Origin: Longimicrobiales bacterium | GTDB taxonomy: Bacteria > Gemmatimonadota > Gemmatimonadetes > Longimicrobiales > RSA9 | Length of the DNA stretch: 64,000 bases | Reading direction: 5' to 3' | Assembly (NCBI GenBank): GCA_035465395.1 | Contig: DATHRK010000103.1 | Span: 23,822 to 87,821, forward strand | Shown: positions 44,508-54,789 of the stretch, in pieces | Layout of the letters: the number at the start of each line of letters is the position of its first letter | Position numbering within the stretch: the stretch's first letter is position 1 | Made by a program: the position numbers and the translations under genes | Notes under the pieces: model-generated | The model's input: the letters and a program-made list of their open reading frames with translations, nothing else | Told to the model about the DNA's origin: nothing | Database searches by the model: none

Positions 44508-46076
44508 ATGGCGATCCGCTTCTACGACACGCTGCGGCGCGCGTCCGTGCCGTTCGAGCCGCAGCGCGCAGGCCGCGCCGGCATCTACGGGTGCGGTCCG
44601 ACGGTGTACCAGCTGCCCCACATCGGCAACTACCGGACGTTCCTCTTCAACGACCTGCTGCACCGCTGGCTGGCGTGGAAGGGCTACGACGTCCGCATGG
44701 TGATGAACCTGACCGACGTGGACGACCGCATCATCGACCTCGCGGCCGAGCAGGGCGTGACCATCAGCGAGTACGTCGCGCCCTACGTGGACGGCTTCTT
44801 CGCCGAGCTGGACACGCTCGGCGCGCGTCCGGCGCACGTCTATCCGCGCGCGACCGAGCACATCGAAGACATGGTGGCCCTGGTGCGGAGCCTCGTCGAG
44901 AACGGCCACGCCTACGAAGTCGAGGGGTCGGTCTACTACGACATCCGCTCCTTCGACGGCTACGGCAAGCTGTCGCGCATCCCGCTGGACGACGTGCGCA
45001 CCGGCGAGCGCGTGGCCTCCGACAACTACGAGAAGCAGGACGCCCGCGACTTCGCGCTGTGGAAGGCCGCCAAGGACGTGGACCGCGAGGTCGGCGCCGT
45101 GTGGCCGTCGCCCTGGGGCGAGGGGCGCCCGGGTTGGCACCTGGAATGCTCGGCGATGAGCATGGCCGAGCTCGGCCCCACGCTCGACATCCACACGGGC
45201 GGCGAGGACCTGGTCTTCCCGCACCACGAGGACGAGATCGCGCAGTCGGAGGGCGCGACAGGGAAGACTTTCGCGCGCACCTGGCTGCACGCGAAGCACC
45301 TGCTGCTGGACACCGAGAAGATGTCCAAGTCGCTGGGCAACGTCGTGCGCCTGGAGGACGTGCTGGCGGAGGGCTTCGAGCCCGCGGCCGTCCGCTGGCT
45401 GCTTCTGAGCGCGCACTACCGCAGCGAGCTGAGCTTCAGCTACGCGGCCCTGCGCGACGCGTCGAGCGCGCTGCGGCGGGTCGTGGAGTTCCGGGACCGG
45501 CTGCGCGAGGTGGCGGGTGGGGCGGGAGACGTTGGCGCCGCGGCCCCGCTGCGACCGGCGGGCGGGGGCGACGGGACCGACCGGGGCGACGGGACGGTCG
45601 GAGGCGACCCGGCCGGCGGCGAGGTGCCCGATCCGTCGAGTCTCGCCGGGCTGGCCGACCGCTTCCTGGTGGCGTTCGAGGAGGCGCTCGAGGACGACCT
45701 CAACAGCCCCGCGGCGCTGGGCGCGCTGTTCCTGTTCGTGCGGCGCGCCAACGCCGCGCTGGACGAAGCGGCCGGGGCGAATGGGGACGACGCCGGCGAC
45801 GATTCGCCTATCCGCGAGGGCGCACGGGCCGGCCTGGCGGCGCTGGGCGCTTTCGATGAGGTGTTCGGCGTGCTCGCGCTCGCCGACCGGGGCGCCGGCG
45901 TGGACTCGGATCTGGCCGCGTGGGCCGACGAGCGGGTGGCCGCCCGGCAGCAGGCTCGGGCCGACAGCGACTGGGCCGCCGCCGACGCCATCCGCGACGA
46001 ACTTGCCGAGGCCGGCATCGTCGTCGAGGATACGCCCCAGGGGCCGCGCTGGAAGAAAGCGGCCTCGGCGGGCTGA
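44508..46076 (+). CDS. cysS: cysteine--tRNA ligase
   Basis: Motifs HIGN, WHLECSAM and KMSKSLGN. Contains a G/D-rich low-complexity insertion near 45.5-45.65 kb. Confidence 0.9.
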   Translation: MAIRFYDTLRRASVPFEPQRAGRAGIYGCGPTVYQLPHIGNYRTFLFNDLLHRWLAWKGYDVRMVMNLTDVDDRIIDLAAEQGVTISEYVAPYVDGFFAELDTLGARPAHVYPRATEHIEDMVALVRSLVENGHAYEVEGSVYYDIRSFDGYGKLSRIPLDDVRTGERVASDNYEKQDARDFALWKAAKDVDREVGAVWPSPWGEGRPGWHLECSAMSMAELGPTLDIHTGGEDLVFPHHEDEIAQSEGATGKTFARTWLHAKHLLLDTEKMSKSLGNVVRLEDVLAEGFEPAAVRWLLLSAHYRSELSFSYAALRDASSALRRVVEFRDRLREVAGGAGDVGAAAPLRPAGGGDGTDRGDGTVGGDPAGGEVPDPSSLAGLADRFLVAFEEALEDDLNSPAALGALFLFVRRANAALDEAAGANGDDAGDDSPIREGARAGLAALGAFDEVFGVLALADRGAGVDSDLAAWADERVAARQQARADSDWAAADAIRDELAEAGIVVEDTPQGPRWKKAASAG

Positions 46077-46107
46077 AGCAGCCGGCGAGCATCGTCGCCG
46101 GCGACGC

Positions 46108-46180
46108 GCTGACGTAGCTCAGTTGGTAGAGCAGCCGCCTTGTAAGCGGCAGGTCGCCGGTTCGAGTCCGGCCGTCAGCT
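46108..46180 (+). tRNA. tRNA-Thr (anticodon UGU)
   Basis: Acceptor GCTGACG/CGTCAGC, D-arm AGCTCAGTTGGTAGAGC, anticodon loop CTTGTAA, T-arm GCCGGTTCGAGTCCGGC. Confidence 0.9.
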
Positions 46181-46218
46181 TGGAGTCTCGACTTCTTCCC
46201 GGACCCCGAAGGCAGCGC

Positions 46219-46758
46219 CTACTCGACCCTTCCCAGGTAGACCGCCACCACCAGGCCCCCAAAGCTATCGAGGGAGTTGAGGTTGAGGAACGTGTGGCCC
46301 CCGATGCCGAGGAAGCCGCCGAACGTGAGCACTCCCTCGCCCGCGAACGCGGCTCCCAACGTTTTACTGATCTCCGACGATGCGAAGACTGCGCCGCCGT
46401 CGATCGCCTCCACGTAGGCCGGGCCGCCCGAGAAAGCGAGGAACCCCCGCGGACGCTCCCAGCGGCGGCCGTACAGGATGCCCACGTCGAGGGCGCCGTT
46501 GTCGAAACCCGGTAACGACATCGCTGCCCTCGCGCCTACCAGGTGCCCGGATCGGCTCCCCGACAGCCCGAACAGGACCCCGTGCTCGTACGGCGTGGCG
46601 CGTCCGTACCCGAACACCAACCAGAGTTTGGTGCGTGCCGGCACCGGGAACTCCTCGGCGGCGGCCTGCGCGGACCCAGAGCCGGGCGGCATGGCGGCGG
46701 TGAGGGACGCGGCGAGGGCGAAAGCGACCGTGACAGGACGGCCTCGACGTGGGGTCAT
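46219..46758 (-). CDS. hypothetical exported, beta-barrel-like protein
   Basis: Signal peptide. G/F/Y-rich alternating pattern. No family recognised. Confidence 0.5.
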   Translation of the reverse strand: MTPRRGRPVTVAFALAASLTAAMPPGSGSAQAAAEEFPVPARTKLWLVFGYGRATPYEHGVLFGLSGSRSGHLVGARAAMSLPGFDNGALDVGILYGRRWERPRGFLAFSGGPAYVEAIDGGAVFASSEISKTLGAAFAGEGVLTFGGFLGIGGHTFLNLNSLDSFGGLVVAVYLGRVE

Positions 46759-46969
46759 GGGAGGCTCCGCGGAAGTGGATGTCGGCGGGTGGGCGCGCCC
46801 GGGTCAGGCAGAAGGCGCGTCGGAGACGCTGGGTGAGGCTGCGCGTCAGATTCACGGTCACGGCGGCCGGCAGGATTCGTCAAGGATTTTTTCGGTGGCC
46901 TTTCCCGTCCCCGGGCGCGCATCCTGCGCCGGGTTGCGATCGTCGCCCCCGCGCTCTAGGACCATTGCC

Positions 46970-48355
46970 ATGCGCCTCATCATCGTCGCCAACCGAGCCC
47001 CCCTCCGCCGCACGGCGAACGGCTGGGAGCCGTCGGTGGGCGGTCTCTCCACCGCGCTCCTGCCGGTCCTGGAGCGCGAGGGCGGTGTCTGGGTCGCGTC
47101 GGCCGAGGAGGACGGGCTGCCGGAGCGTCACGGCTATCCTGAGGACGATCCGGCGTTCGAAGTGCGCCGCCTGCCGCTGACCGAGGAGGAGACGGAGCAC
47201 TACTACAACGGGATGTCGAACAGCGTGATCTGGCCGATCTCCCACTACATGCTCCAGCACCTCGAGCCGCGCCGGGAGTACCGGGACGCCTATCGCCGGG
47301 TCAACGTGCGTTTCGCCCACGCCGTTCTGGAGGAGATCGAGGACGACGCCGTCGTCTGGGTGCAGGACTACCACCTCATGGCGGTCCCGGAGCTGGTACG
47401 CGACGGTCGCCCCGACGCCACCATCGGCTTCTTCTGGCACATCCCGTGGCCCGCCGTCGAGGTGTTCCGGATCGTGCCCGGCGCGCGCGATCTGCTTCGC
47501 GGCATGCTGGGGTCGGACCTGATCGGCTTCCACATCGACGAGTACGTCGAGAATTTCCTGAACTGCGCGAGCCGGCTTCTCGGCGCGGAGGTCGAGGGCA
47601 ACCGCATCCACTGGAACGGCCGCGAAGTGCGGGTGGCCTCCCATCCCATCGGCGTGGACGTGGAGCGTTTTCGCCGCATGTCCGACGAGGTCGCCGGTGA
47701 GGCCGAGACCCTGCGCGCCGAGCTCGGCAGCGAGCACGTCGTCGTGGGCATCGACCGGCTGGACTACACGAAGGGCGTGCTCTCGCGGTTGCTGGCGTTC
47801 GAGCGGCTGCTCGAGGAGAACCCGGACCTGGCCGGCCAGGTCACGCTCTTCCAGGTCGCGACGCCCAGCCGCGCGGTGGTCGAGTCCTACCAGCAGCTCA
47901 AGCGGGAGGTGGACGAGGCGGTCGGCCGGATCAACGGCGCCTTCGCGCAGGATCGCTGGGTGCCGATCCACTATCGCTACCGCTCCTACACGCAGCGCGA
48001 GCTGTGCGTCTTCTACCGGGCGGCCGACGTCGCGCTGATCACGCCGCTGCGCGACGGCATGAACCTGGTCACCCAGGAATTCGTCGCGGCCACCCGCGAC
48101 GGCGTCCTGGTGCTGTCGGAGCTGACCGGCGCCGCGCACGTCCTGCCGGAGGCGCTCGGCGTCAACCCGTACGACGAGGATAGCCTCGTGGCGGCACTGG
48201 GGGAGGCGCTGCGGATGCCTCGCGAGGAGCGGCTGGCGCGCCTGGAGCGGCTGAAGGAGCGCGTCCGGGAGCTGGACGTGCACCCGTGGGCGAACGGATT
48301 CCTCGCGTCGCTTGCCCATGCCTCGGCCTCCACCCCGGCCACGCCGTCCGCGTGA
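46970..48355 (+). CDS. otsA: alpha,alpha-trehalose-phosphate synthase (GT20)
   Basis: Motifs LIIVANRAP, VWVQDYHLM, IGFFWHIPWP, GIDRLDYTKG and DGMNLV. Confidence 0.88.
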   Translation: MRLIIVANRAPLRRTANGWEPSVGGLSTALLPVLEREGGVWVASAEEDGLPERHGYPEDDPAFEVRRLPLTEEETEHYYNGMSNSVIWPISHYMLQHLEPRREYRDAYRRVNVRFAHAVLEEIEDDAVVWVQDYHLMAVPELVRDGRPDATIGFFWHIPWPAVEVFRIVPGARDLLRGMLGSDLIGFHIDEYVENFLNCASRLLGAEVEGNRIHWNGREVRVASHPIGVDVERFRRMSDEVAGEAETLRAELGSEHVVVGIDRLDYTKGVLSRLLAFERLLEENPDLAGQVTLFQVATPSRAVVESYQQLKREVDEAVGRINGAFAQDRWVPIHYRYRSYTQRELCVFYRAADVALITPLRDGMNLVTQEFVAATRDGVLVLSELTGAAHVLPEALGVNPYDEDSLVAALGEALRMPREERLARLERLKERVRELDVHPWANGFLASLAHASASTPATPSA

Positions 48356-49092
48356 CGACGTCTGCGCAGCAAACCCCTCCCGAACCCCCAGGGCGTCCGC
48401 TGCTGCTGCTGGACTACGACGGTACGCTGGCGCCGATCGTGGACGATCCGGCCGCCGCGACGCCGCACCCGAGCGTGCCCGACCTGCTGAGCGACCTGGC
48501 GTCGCGACACCCCCTCGTGGTCGTGACGGGCCGGTCGCTGGATGACCTGGCCAGGCTGCTGCCGGCGGAGGTGGACGCGGTGGGCTTGCACGGGGCCCAG
48601 GTCGGCCGGCTCGGCGGGGCGATCCGGCTGCAGATGCCGGCCTCGGCCAGGGAGGCGCTGCGGGCTCTGCGCGGCAGCGCGCCCTCGATCGACGGACTAC
48701 GGCTGGAGGAGAAGGGGCCCACGTTCGCGCTCCACTACCGCGGCGCCACGGAGCCGGACGCGGTCGAGGCGGCGCTCCGGGCGTGGGTCGCGGAGGCACC
48801 GCCGACGCTCGAACCGGTCTGGGGGAAGATGGTGCTCGAGCTGCGACCCGCCGGAGTGGACAAGGGGCGGGTCGCGCGCGAGCTGGCGGCGCGGCACGCC
48901 GATCGCGCGCCGGTCTACATTGGCGACGACACGACCGACGAGGACGCCTTCCGGGCGCTGGCCGACGACCCCCGGGCGCTGACGGTGAGGGTGGGGGAAG
49001 GGGAGACCGCCGCGCGCTACCGGCTGCCCGATGTGGACGCCGTTGTCGCCTGGTTGGGCCGGTTCCTCACCAGCCCTCGGACATCCTCTTGA
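48352..49092 (+). CDS. otsB: trehalose-phosphatase
   Basis: GTGA overlap with otsA. HAD motifs LLLDYDGTL and YIGDDTTDEDAF. Confidence 0.85.
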   Translation: MTTSAQQTPPEPPGRPLLLLDYDGTLAPIVDDPAAATPHPSVPDLLSDLASRHPLVVVTGRSLDDLARLLPAEVDAVGLHGAQVGRLGGAIRLQMPASAREALRALRGSAPSIDGLRLEEKGPTFALHYRGATEPDAVEAALRAWVAEAPPTLEPVWGKMVLELRPAGVDKGRVARELAARHADRAPVYIGDDTTDEDAFRALADDPRALTVRVGEGETAARYRLPDVDAVVAWLGRFLTSPRTSS

Positions 49093-50893
49093 TCTCCTCC
49101 ATGCGGAAGATCGCGTTGACCAGCCCCAGGTGGCTGAAGCCCTGCGGCATGTTGCCCAGCATGGCCCCCGTCTCGGGCTCCACCTCCTCGGCGTAGAGGC
49201 CGAGCGGGCTCATGTAGCGCATCAGCGCGTGCAGCTCGGTGCGCGCCCCCGCCGCGTCGCCGGCGAGGGCGCGCGCCTCGACCGCCCAGAAGGACGGCAG
49301 CAGGAAAGCGCCCTCGGGCCCGCCGACGCCGTCCTCGGAGTGGTAGCGGAAGAGCAGCGGCGACCCGTCGACCCCCAGCCCGGCCCGGCACGCGCGGAGC
49401 GTGCCCTGGTAGCGCGGGTCGTCCGCCCGCAGGAAGCCCACCGTCGGCATGACCAGCAGGGACGCGTCCAGGTGGGGGCTGCCGTACGCCTGGACGAACG
49501 ACCCGAGCTCGTCGCTCCAGCCGCGCTCGAGCACGTCCGCCCGGATGGCCTCCGCCTCGCTGCGCCACGCGTCGACCGGCGCGTCGGTGCCCATCTGCTG
49601 ACCCAGTTCCGCCGCGCGCGTCATCGCCACCCAGGCCCAGACCTTCGAGTAGGTGTAGTGGCGTGGCTCGCAGCGGGCCTCCCAGATCCCCGCGTCCGGC
49701 TCGCGCCAGCGCGACCGGACCTGCTCGGCGAGACCCACCAGGGCCTCCCACTCGTTCAGGGACAGCACGCCGCCCTGGCGGTCGTAGCGCAACGCGGCGT
49801 CCAGCAGCGCGCCGTAGATGTCGAGCTGGAACTGGCCGTCGGCCCCGTTGCCGATGCGCACCGGCCGGGAGTCGCGGTAGCCGCGCAGCGGCAGCTCCCG
49901 CTCGGGCAGCGAGCGCTCTCCGCGGATCCCGTACATGACCTGCAACGGCCCCTCGTCCATCACCTGGCCGAGCAGCCAGTCGAAGTACGTCGCGCCCTCG
50001 TCGATCAGGTGCGCCTGGAAGAGCGCGCGCAGGATGAAGTTCGAGTCGCGGACCCAGGAGTAGCGGTAGTCCCAGTTGCGCGCTCCGCCGATCCATTCGG
50101 GAAGGGACGTCGTCGGCGCCGCGACGATCGCCCCGGTCGGCTCGTAGATGAGCAGCTTGAGCGTCAGCAGGCTGCGCTCGACGGCGTCGCGGTAGCGTCC
50201 GTGGTAGGTCAGCCCTTCGACCCACGACCGCCAGAACGTGCGGGTCTGCCAGAGCCTCCGGTCGAACTGGTAGGACCCGATCGGGTGGACCCTGCGGGCG
50301 CCCCAGTCCGCCACGAAGGACACCTCCGAACCGCCCTCCACGCGCACCGAGCCCCGCGCCACCCCGCCCTCGGCCTCGAGAGGCACGTCCGTCACGAGGG
50401 CGATGGTCTCGCCCTGGGGCGCGCGGGCGAGCACGCCCTCGGCGTGGGGCTCCAGCGCGGCGGCCACGCGCCCGTAGTCGAAACGCGGCTCGAACGCGAC
50501 CGCGAGATCCATCGCGCCCCGGACCCCCTCCAGGCGGCGGTAGATCTCCGCGGTGGGCACGCGCCGGCTCGTGTACGGCATGAAGTCGCGGAGGCGCACT
50601 TCGCCTGTGGCGGTCTCGAAGTCGGTGACGAGCACGTTGGTGCCGCGCTCGTAGCGCTGGGTGGCCCTGAACGCCTGCCGGGGCCGAATCGAGAAGGCGC
50701 CGGCGGCGGGATCCAGCAGGGCGCCGAAGACGGAGGGGCGGTCGAAGTCGGGCAGGCACGCCCAGTCGATGGAGCCGTCGGCGCCGGCGAGCACCGCGGT
50801 GCGTCCGTCGCCGATGACGCCGTACGCCTCGAGGGGCTTGTAGTCGGCGGGGCGCGCCGGATCGAACTCGAACGATGCCTCTCGGTGCGTCAC
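49067..50893 (-). CDS. glycoside hydrolase family 15 (glucoamylase/trehalase-like)
   Basis: Motifs YGVIGDGRTAVL, SIDWACLPDFD, APTTSLPEWIGGARNWDYRYSWVRDS. GTG start at 50893. The 3' end overlaps otsB by 26 nt (convergent). Confidence 0.85.
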   Translation of the reverse strand: MTHREASFEFDPARPADYKPLEAYGVIGDGRTAVLAGADGSIDWACLPDFDRPSVFGALLDPAAGAFSIRPRQAFRATQRYERGTNVLVTDFETATGEVRLRDFMPYTSRRVPTAEIYRRLEGVRGAMDLAVAFEPRFDYGRVAAALEPHAEGVLARAPQGETIALVTDVPLEAEGGVARGSVRVEGGSEVSFVADWGARRVHPIGSYQFDRRLWQTRTFWRSWVEGLTYHGRYRDAVERSLLTLKLLIYEPTGAIVAAPTTSLPEWIGGARNWDYRYSWVRDSNFILRALFQAHLIDEGATYFDWLLGQVMDEGPLQVMYGIRGERSLPERELPLRGYRDSRPVRIGNGADGQFQLDIYGALLDAALRYDRQGGVLSLNEWEALVGLAEQVRSRWREPDAGIWEARCEPRHYTYSKVWAWVAMTRAAELGQQMGTDAPVDAWRSEAEAIRADVLERGWSDELGSFVQAYGSPHLDASLLVMPTVGFLRADDPRYQGTLRACRAGLGVDGSPLLFRYHSEDGVGGPEGAFLLPSFWAVEARALAGDAAGARTELHALMRYMSPLGLYAEEVEPETGAMLGNMPQGFSHLGLVNAIFRMEEIKRMSEGW

Positions 50894-50931
50894 GCTAGTC
50901 CAGGGTTGCGAGCGATCCGTCGCGACGCGCG

Positions 50932-51810
50932 TCAGTCCGACTTCCGGAGGGTGAACCAGGGCTGGTTGCGGATGCCCATGATCACGAGCGAGGTCGCCGC
51001 GCCGTCCTCGATCTCGAAGAGCGCCGGCTCGTCCTCGACCTGCACGACCTCCCCGTCCCGCAGCCAGCCCACGAGGAATCGGTGCGCATCCGCGGTCGGG
51101 AGGAGGGCGAACGTCGCGTCCCCCCACATGGGGATGGTGGCCTCCAGACGACCGTCGTTGCCCGCGATCACCATGCGGACATCCTCCGTACCGCCGCCGC
51201 CCGACACCTGGCCCTCGTACGCGCCCAGGAACGGCGCCATCTCGTCAGCGGCCATCGCGAACGGCAGCTGCGATGGCTCGACCTCGAAGGGCATGTCGAT
51301 GGCGGTCTCGCCCCAGTGCAGGCGCAGCACTCCTCCGTCGCGTCGCACGTCGGGGAAGGTGAAGGTCAGCACCTCCGCGTAGTGGTCGGCCTGCGCGGAA
51401 GGGACGGTCACGCTCACCTGGAAGTCACCGTCGGAAGGGTACTCGCCGGTGTGGTACAGCCTGGGGTTCGGGTGCAGGTGCACGCGCCACGCGTCCGGCT
51501 GCGCCTGCATCCACAGCGAGTAGATACCGGCGGGCACGACCTCGCCCACCAGGCGGATCGGCCCCGAGACGTCCAGGGTCGTCGCCCAGTTCGCGCCCGG
51601 AGTCCACATGTAGTCCCACGCGACGAGGCCGCCGAAGAGCGTGCGGCCACGCGCCTGCGGGCGCGAGTAATCGACCGTCAGGGTCGTGCCATCGACGGTT
51701 TGGCTGACGGATCCCCGCTCGCTGGCCTTGATCTGCGCGGAGGACGGGACCGCGAAGGCGGACGCGAGCAGCAGCGCCGTGAAGCTCGCTCGGCAGAGGG
51801 GCATCGTCAT
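50932..51810 (-). CDS. DUF2911 domain-containing exported protein
   Basis: Signal peptide. Motifs VDYSRPQARGRTLFGGLVAWDYMWTPGANWATTL and PAGIYSLWM. Confidence 0.8.
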   Translation of the reverse strand: MTMPLCRASFTALLLASAFAVPSSAQIKASERGSVSQTVDGTTLTVDYSRPQARGRTLFGGLVAWDYMWTPGANWATTLDVSGPIRLVGEVVPAGIYSLWMQAQPDAWRVHLHPNPRLYHTGEYPSDGDFQVSVTVPSAQADHYAEVLTFTFPDVRRDGGVLRLHWGETAIDMPFEVEPSQLPFAMAADEMAPFLGAYEGQVSGGGGTEDVRMVIAGNDGRLEATIPMWGDATFALLPTADAHRFLVGWLRDGEVVQVEDEPALFEIEDGAATSLVIMGIRNQPWFTLRKSD

Positions 51811-51915
51811 GGTGCCAGTTCCCGGTCTGTCGGGTCGTCGGGGTCGGATCGGCCAATGGTACGCGATGCGGAGGGGAGCCGGCCAGGCTCCGCGGAACCC
51901 CGTGCGCGCCCGGCC

Positions 51916-54789
51916 TCAGCTGCCGCCGGCCGTGAGGAAGGCCGGCGCCATTTCCGCGAGCTCCGCGCGGGAGCCGATCTCCAGCTTCTTGTAGACGTTG
52001 GAGAGGTGGGTGGTCACGGTGCGGGGCGAGATCTCGAGCTCGCGGGCGATCGCCTTGTTGGACGCGCCGGTCGCCACCAGGCGGACGATGTCCAGCTCGC
52101 GATCGGTGAGCGCCTGGGTGCCCTGACCGGCCGAGCGGACCGGCGGACGTGCGCCCAGGTCGCGCAGCTGCTCGCGCGTCTTGTCCAGCTCGAAGGAGGC
52201 GCCCAGGCGCACGAACACGTCGTGGACCGTGCGCAGCTCGTGGATCGCCTCGTCGCGGCGACCCGCGTCCGCCAGCCGCCCCGCGAGTTGCCTGCGCACG
52301 CGCGCCGCGTCCCACACGAAGGGCACCGCCTCGAGCCGTTCCGCGGCGTTGCGCAGCATGCGGATGGCAGCGTCGAGATCGCCCCGGATCCACTCCACGA
52401 GCGCGTCGCCCGCGTCGGCCCAGGCCAGCCCCAGCACGTGGCCCAGTCTGACCGCGTCCGAACGCAGGCGCTCGAGGTCGGAGGCGGCGGCCTCCGCGTC
52501 GGCGCGGTAGAGGTGGGACTCGATGATCGTGGGAAGGAGTCGGTGGACGCCCCACGCGGTAAAGCCGAAGGTATCCACCACCTCCATGCCGCGGCGCGCG
52601 ACGTCGATCGCCTCGTCCCACTGCCACAGCGTGCGGTGGTAGTTGGCCATGCCGGTGTGGGCCACGATGACGCTGTTGATGTCGGGCGCGCGGGCGGGGT
52701 CGTCGGCGCCGGAAAGCTCCCACGCCTCGTCGAGCAGCCCCTTGGCGCGGTCGGTGGCGTAGCGACCCAGGTAGACCAGCGACGTCCAGACATAAAGGCG
52801 CGGGAGCAGCCGGCGCTGATTCAGCGAGTGGGAGAGCGCGATCGCGCGCTCTCCGAGGGCGAGGCCGGTGTCCCAGTCGCCCGAGCTGAACGCCCACTCG
52901 ATGGCGACCTCGTCCAGGGCGAGCCTGAGTAGCGGGTCGCCGAGCTCGTCGGCGACCGCCGAGCCCCGCGCGATGTGATCGGCGCACCGCCGGGCGTGGC
53001 CGTTGATCCCCTCCATGGTGCCGAGCGCCCAGTGGCAGCGGGCGACCGACGACGCGTCCGACCGCTTCTCGGCGATGGCGAGTGCCCGTCTCCCGTGCTC
53101 GCGCGCCACGTCCGGCGGGCCGATCATCGTGTGGAGCACCGTCAGCGCAATGCGCACGCGCGCCTCGAGCGCGTCATCCTGGGCGCTCAAGGCGTGCTCG
53201 AGCGCGCGCTCCAACTCGGCTCGCGCCTCATCGACCCGCCCGAGCGTCTGGAGACAGCTGCCGAGCGCCATGCGTACCGCGGCGAGGATCGCGTCGTCGC
53301 CGGCCGAAGTGGCATGGGTCAGGGCGCGGCCGTACGACTCCATCGCCTCGTCCCTCCGACCCGCCCAGAAGTGCGCGAGTCCGATGCGACGCATGGCGTG
53401 GGCGGCCCCCGCCTCGTCGCCCGCCTCGACGTAGTCCCGGTAGGCGCGGTCCCTCAGCTCGGCGGCGTCGGCGAAGCGACCTCTCCGCTGTCGCGCGCTG
53501 GCCAGACGGCGCAGGACACGCGACACGAGCTCCGCCCCCCCGAGCTCGACGAGCGTCTCGTCGGGGCACGACTCGAGCTGAGACAACGCGGCGGACAGGT
53601 AGAGGTCGGCCTCGCGGTCCGCGAAACGCCCGAGCGCGCTCTCTCCGGCCGCGATCAGGTACCGGAGGCCCGCCGTGTTGGAGGTGTCGTCTCCCTGCGC
53701 GCGGATCCAGTGGTGCGCCAGCGCCTCCGCGCGCTCGAGGGCGTGGTCGCCGTACTGAGCTTCCAACGCTCGGGCGACGCGCTCGTGCAGGTACTGGCGT
53801 CGCGCGAGGCCGATGCGCTCCAACAGAACCTGGCGGTGCATCGGATGCCGGAAGTCGTAGGTCGGACGGTCCGGGGTTCCGCGCTCGGCCAGCACACCCG
53901 TGCCTCGCAGCGCCTCGATCGCGTCGATCAGCGCGCGCTCCTCCATGTCGCACACGGCGCGCAGCGTGCGGAGCTCCGCGTCGGCGCCAATGATCGCGCA
54001 GGACTCCGCGACCGTGCGAGCGTCGCCGGAGAGGCGTTCGAGCTGCAGCTCCACGGCCTCGCGGATCGACCGCGGCAACGACAGGTCGTCCGTCTCCCAG
54101 CCGATCCAGCTGCCGCCCTCCTGCCGCAGCCGCCCGCTCGCGACCAGCTCTCCGAGCGTCTCCTTGACGAAGAACGGGTTCCCGCGCGTCCACCGGTACA
54201 GCGTCCCCGTGAACCGCGATGTGACGGTGTGGTCGACGCCGAACACGTGGCCGATGAGGTCGGCGATGTCGGCCTCCTCGAGCGGCGTAAGCGGCTGCTC
54301 GTCGACGTGGTTCAGGGAGCGCAGTGACTGCACCACGGTGCGCAGGCTGGGGTGGGCGTCGCGCTCGCCGTCGTTGATCGTGGCGAGGATCGCGACCGGG
54401 TCCTCCTTGAGCTGCCTGCACAGGAAGTGGAAGAGCTCGATCGACGCCGCGTCCGCCCAGTGGAGGTCGTCCAGGAGCAGCACCACCGGCTTGCGGGCGC
54501 TCCACGCGCGGAGGAACTCGGCGAAGGTCCAGAAGAGCTGCGTCTGGTGGGTCGCGCCGACGGGCTCGGCGCCGTCGAAAGCGGGAAAGAGGTGCGCGAG
54601 ACGGCCCTCGTGTCCACGGGCCAGCACGGCGAGCGTGCTGGCGTCGGTGGCGTTGAGCAGCGGCACGAAGCCATCGGAAAAGAGCGCGTAGGGTACCGAC
54701 GTGCCAATCGGAAAGGCGCGGCACGCCACCACCTCGCACGTGTGGGACGCCTCCTCCCCGATGACGCCGAGGAGACGGCTCTTGCCCAC
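51916..54789 (-). CDS. large ATP-binding LuxR-family regulator (STAND/AAA plus TPR plus LuxR HTH); homology continues upstream to about 54.93 kb without a canonical start
   Basis: C-terminal LTDRELDIVRLVATGASNKAIARELEISPRTVTTHLSNVYKKL. The first canonical start (GTG 54789) lies inside the Walker A motif (GPTGVGKSRL). The in-frame upstream sequence ERLPLTGRTRDLEALRAAW... is typical of this family's N-terminus. Confidence 0.8.
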   Translation of the reverse strand: MGKSRLLGVIGEEASHTCEVVACRAFPIGTSVPYALFSDGFVPLLNATDASTLAVLARGHEGRLAHLFPAFDGAEPVGATHQTQLFWTFAEFLRAWSARKPVVLLLDDLHWADAASIELFHFLCRQLKEDPVAILATINDGERDAHPSLRTVVQSLRSLNHVDEQPLTPLEEADIADLIGHVFGVDHTVTSRFTGTLYRWTRGNPFFVKETLGELVASGRLRQEGGSWIGWETDDLSLPRSIREAVELQLERLSGDARTVAESCAIIGADAELRTLRAVCDMEERALIDAIEALRGTGVLAERGTPDRPTYDFRHPMHRQVLLERIGLARRQYLHERVARALEAQYGDHALERAEALAHHWIRAQGDDTSNTAGLRYLIAAGESALGRFADREADLYLSAALSQLESCPDETLVELGGAELVSRVLRRLASARQRRGRFADAAELRDRAYRDYVEAGDEAGAAHAMRRIGLAHFWAGRRDEAMESYGRALTHATSAGDDAILAAVRMALGSCLQTLGRVDEARAELERALEHALSAQDDALEARVRIALTVLHTMIGPPDVAREHGRRALAIAEKRSDASSVARCHWALGTMEGINGHARRCADHIARGSAVADELGDPLLRLALDEVAIEWAFSSGDWDTGLALGERAIALSHSLNQRRLLPRLYVWTSLVYLGRYATDRAKGLLDEAWELSGADDPARAPDINSVIVAHTGMANYHRTLWQWDEAIDVARRGMEVVDTFGFTAWGVHRLLPTIIESHLYRADAEAAASDLERLRSDAVRLGHVLGLAWADAGDALVEWIRGDLDAAIRMLRNAAERLEAVPFVWDAARVRRQLAGRLADAGRRDEAIHELRTVHDVFVRLGASFELDKTREQLRDLGARPPVRSAGQGTQALTDRELDIVRLVATGASNKAIARELEISPRTVTTHLSNVYKKLEIGSRAELAEMAPAFLTAGGS

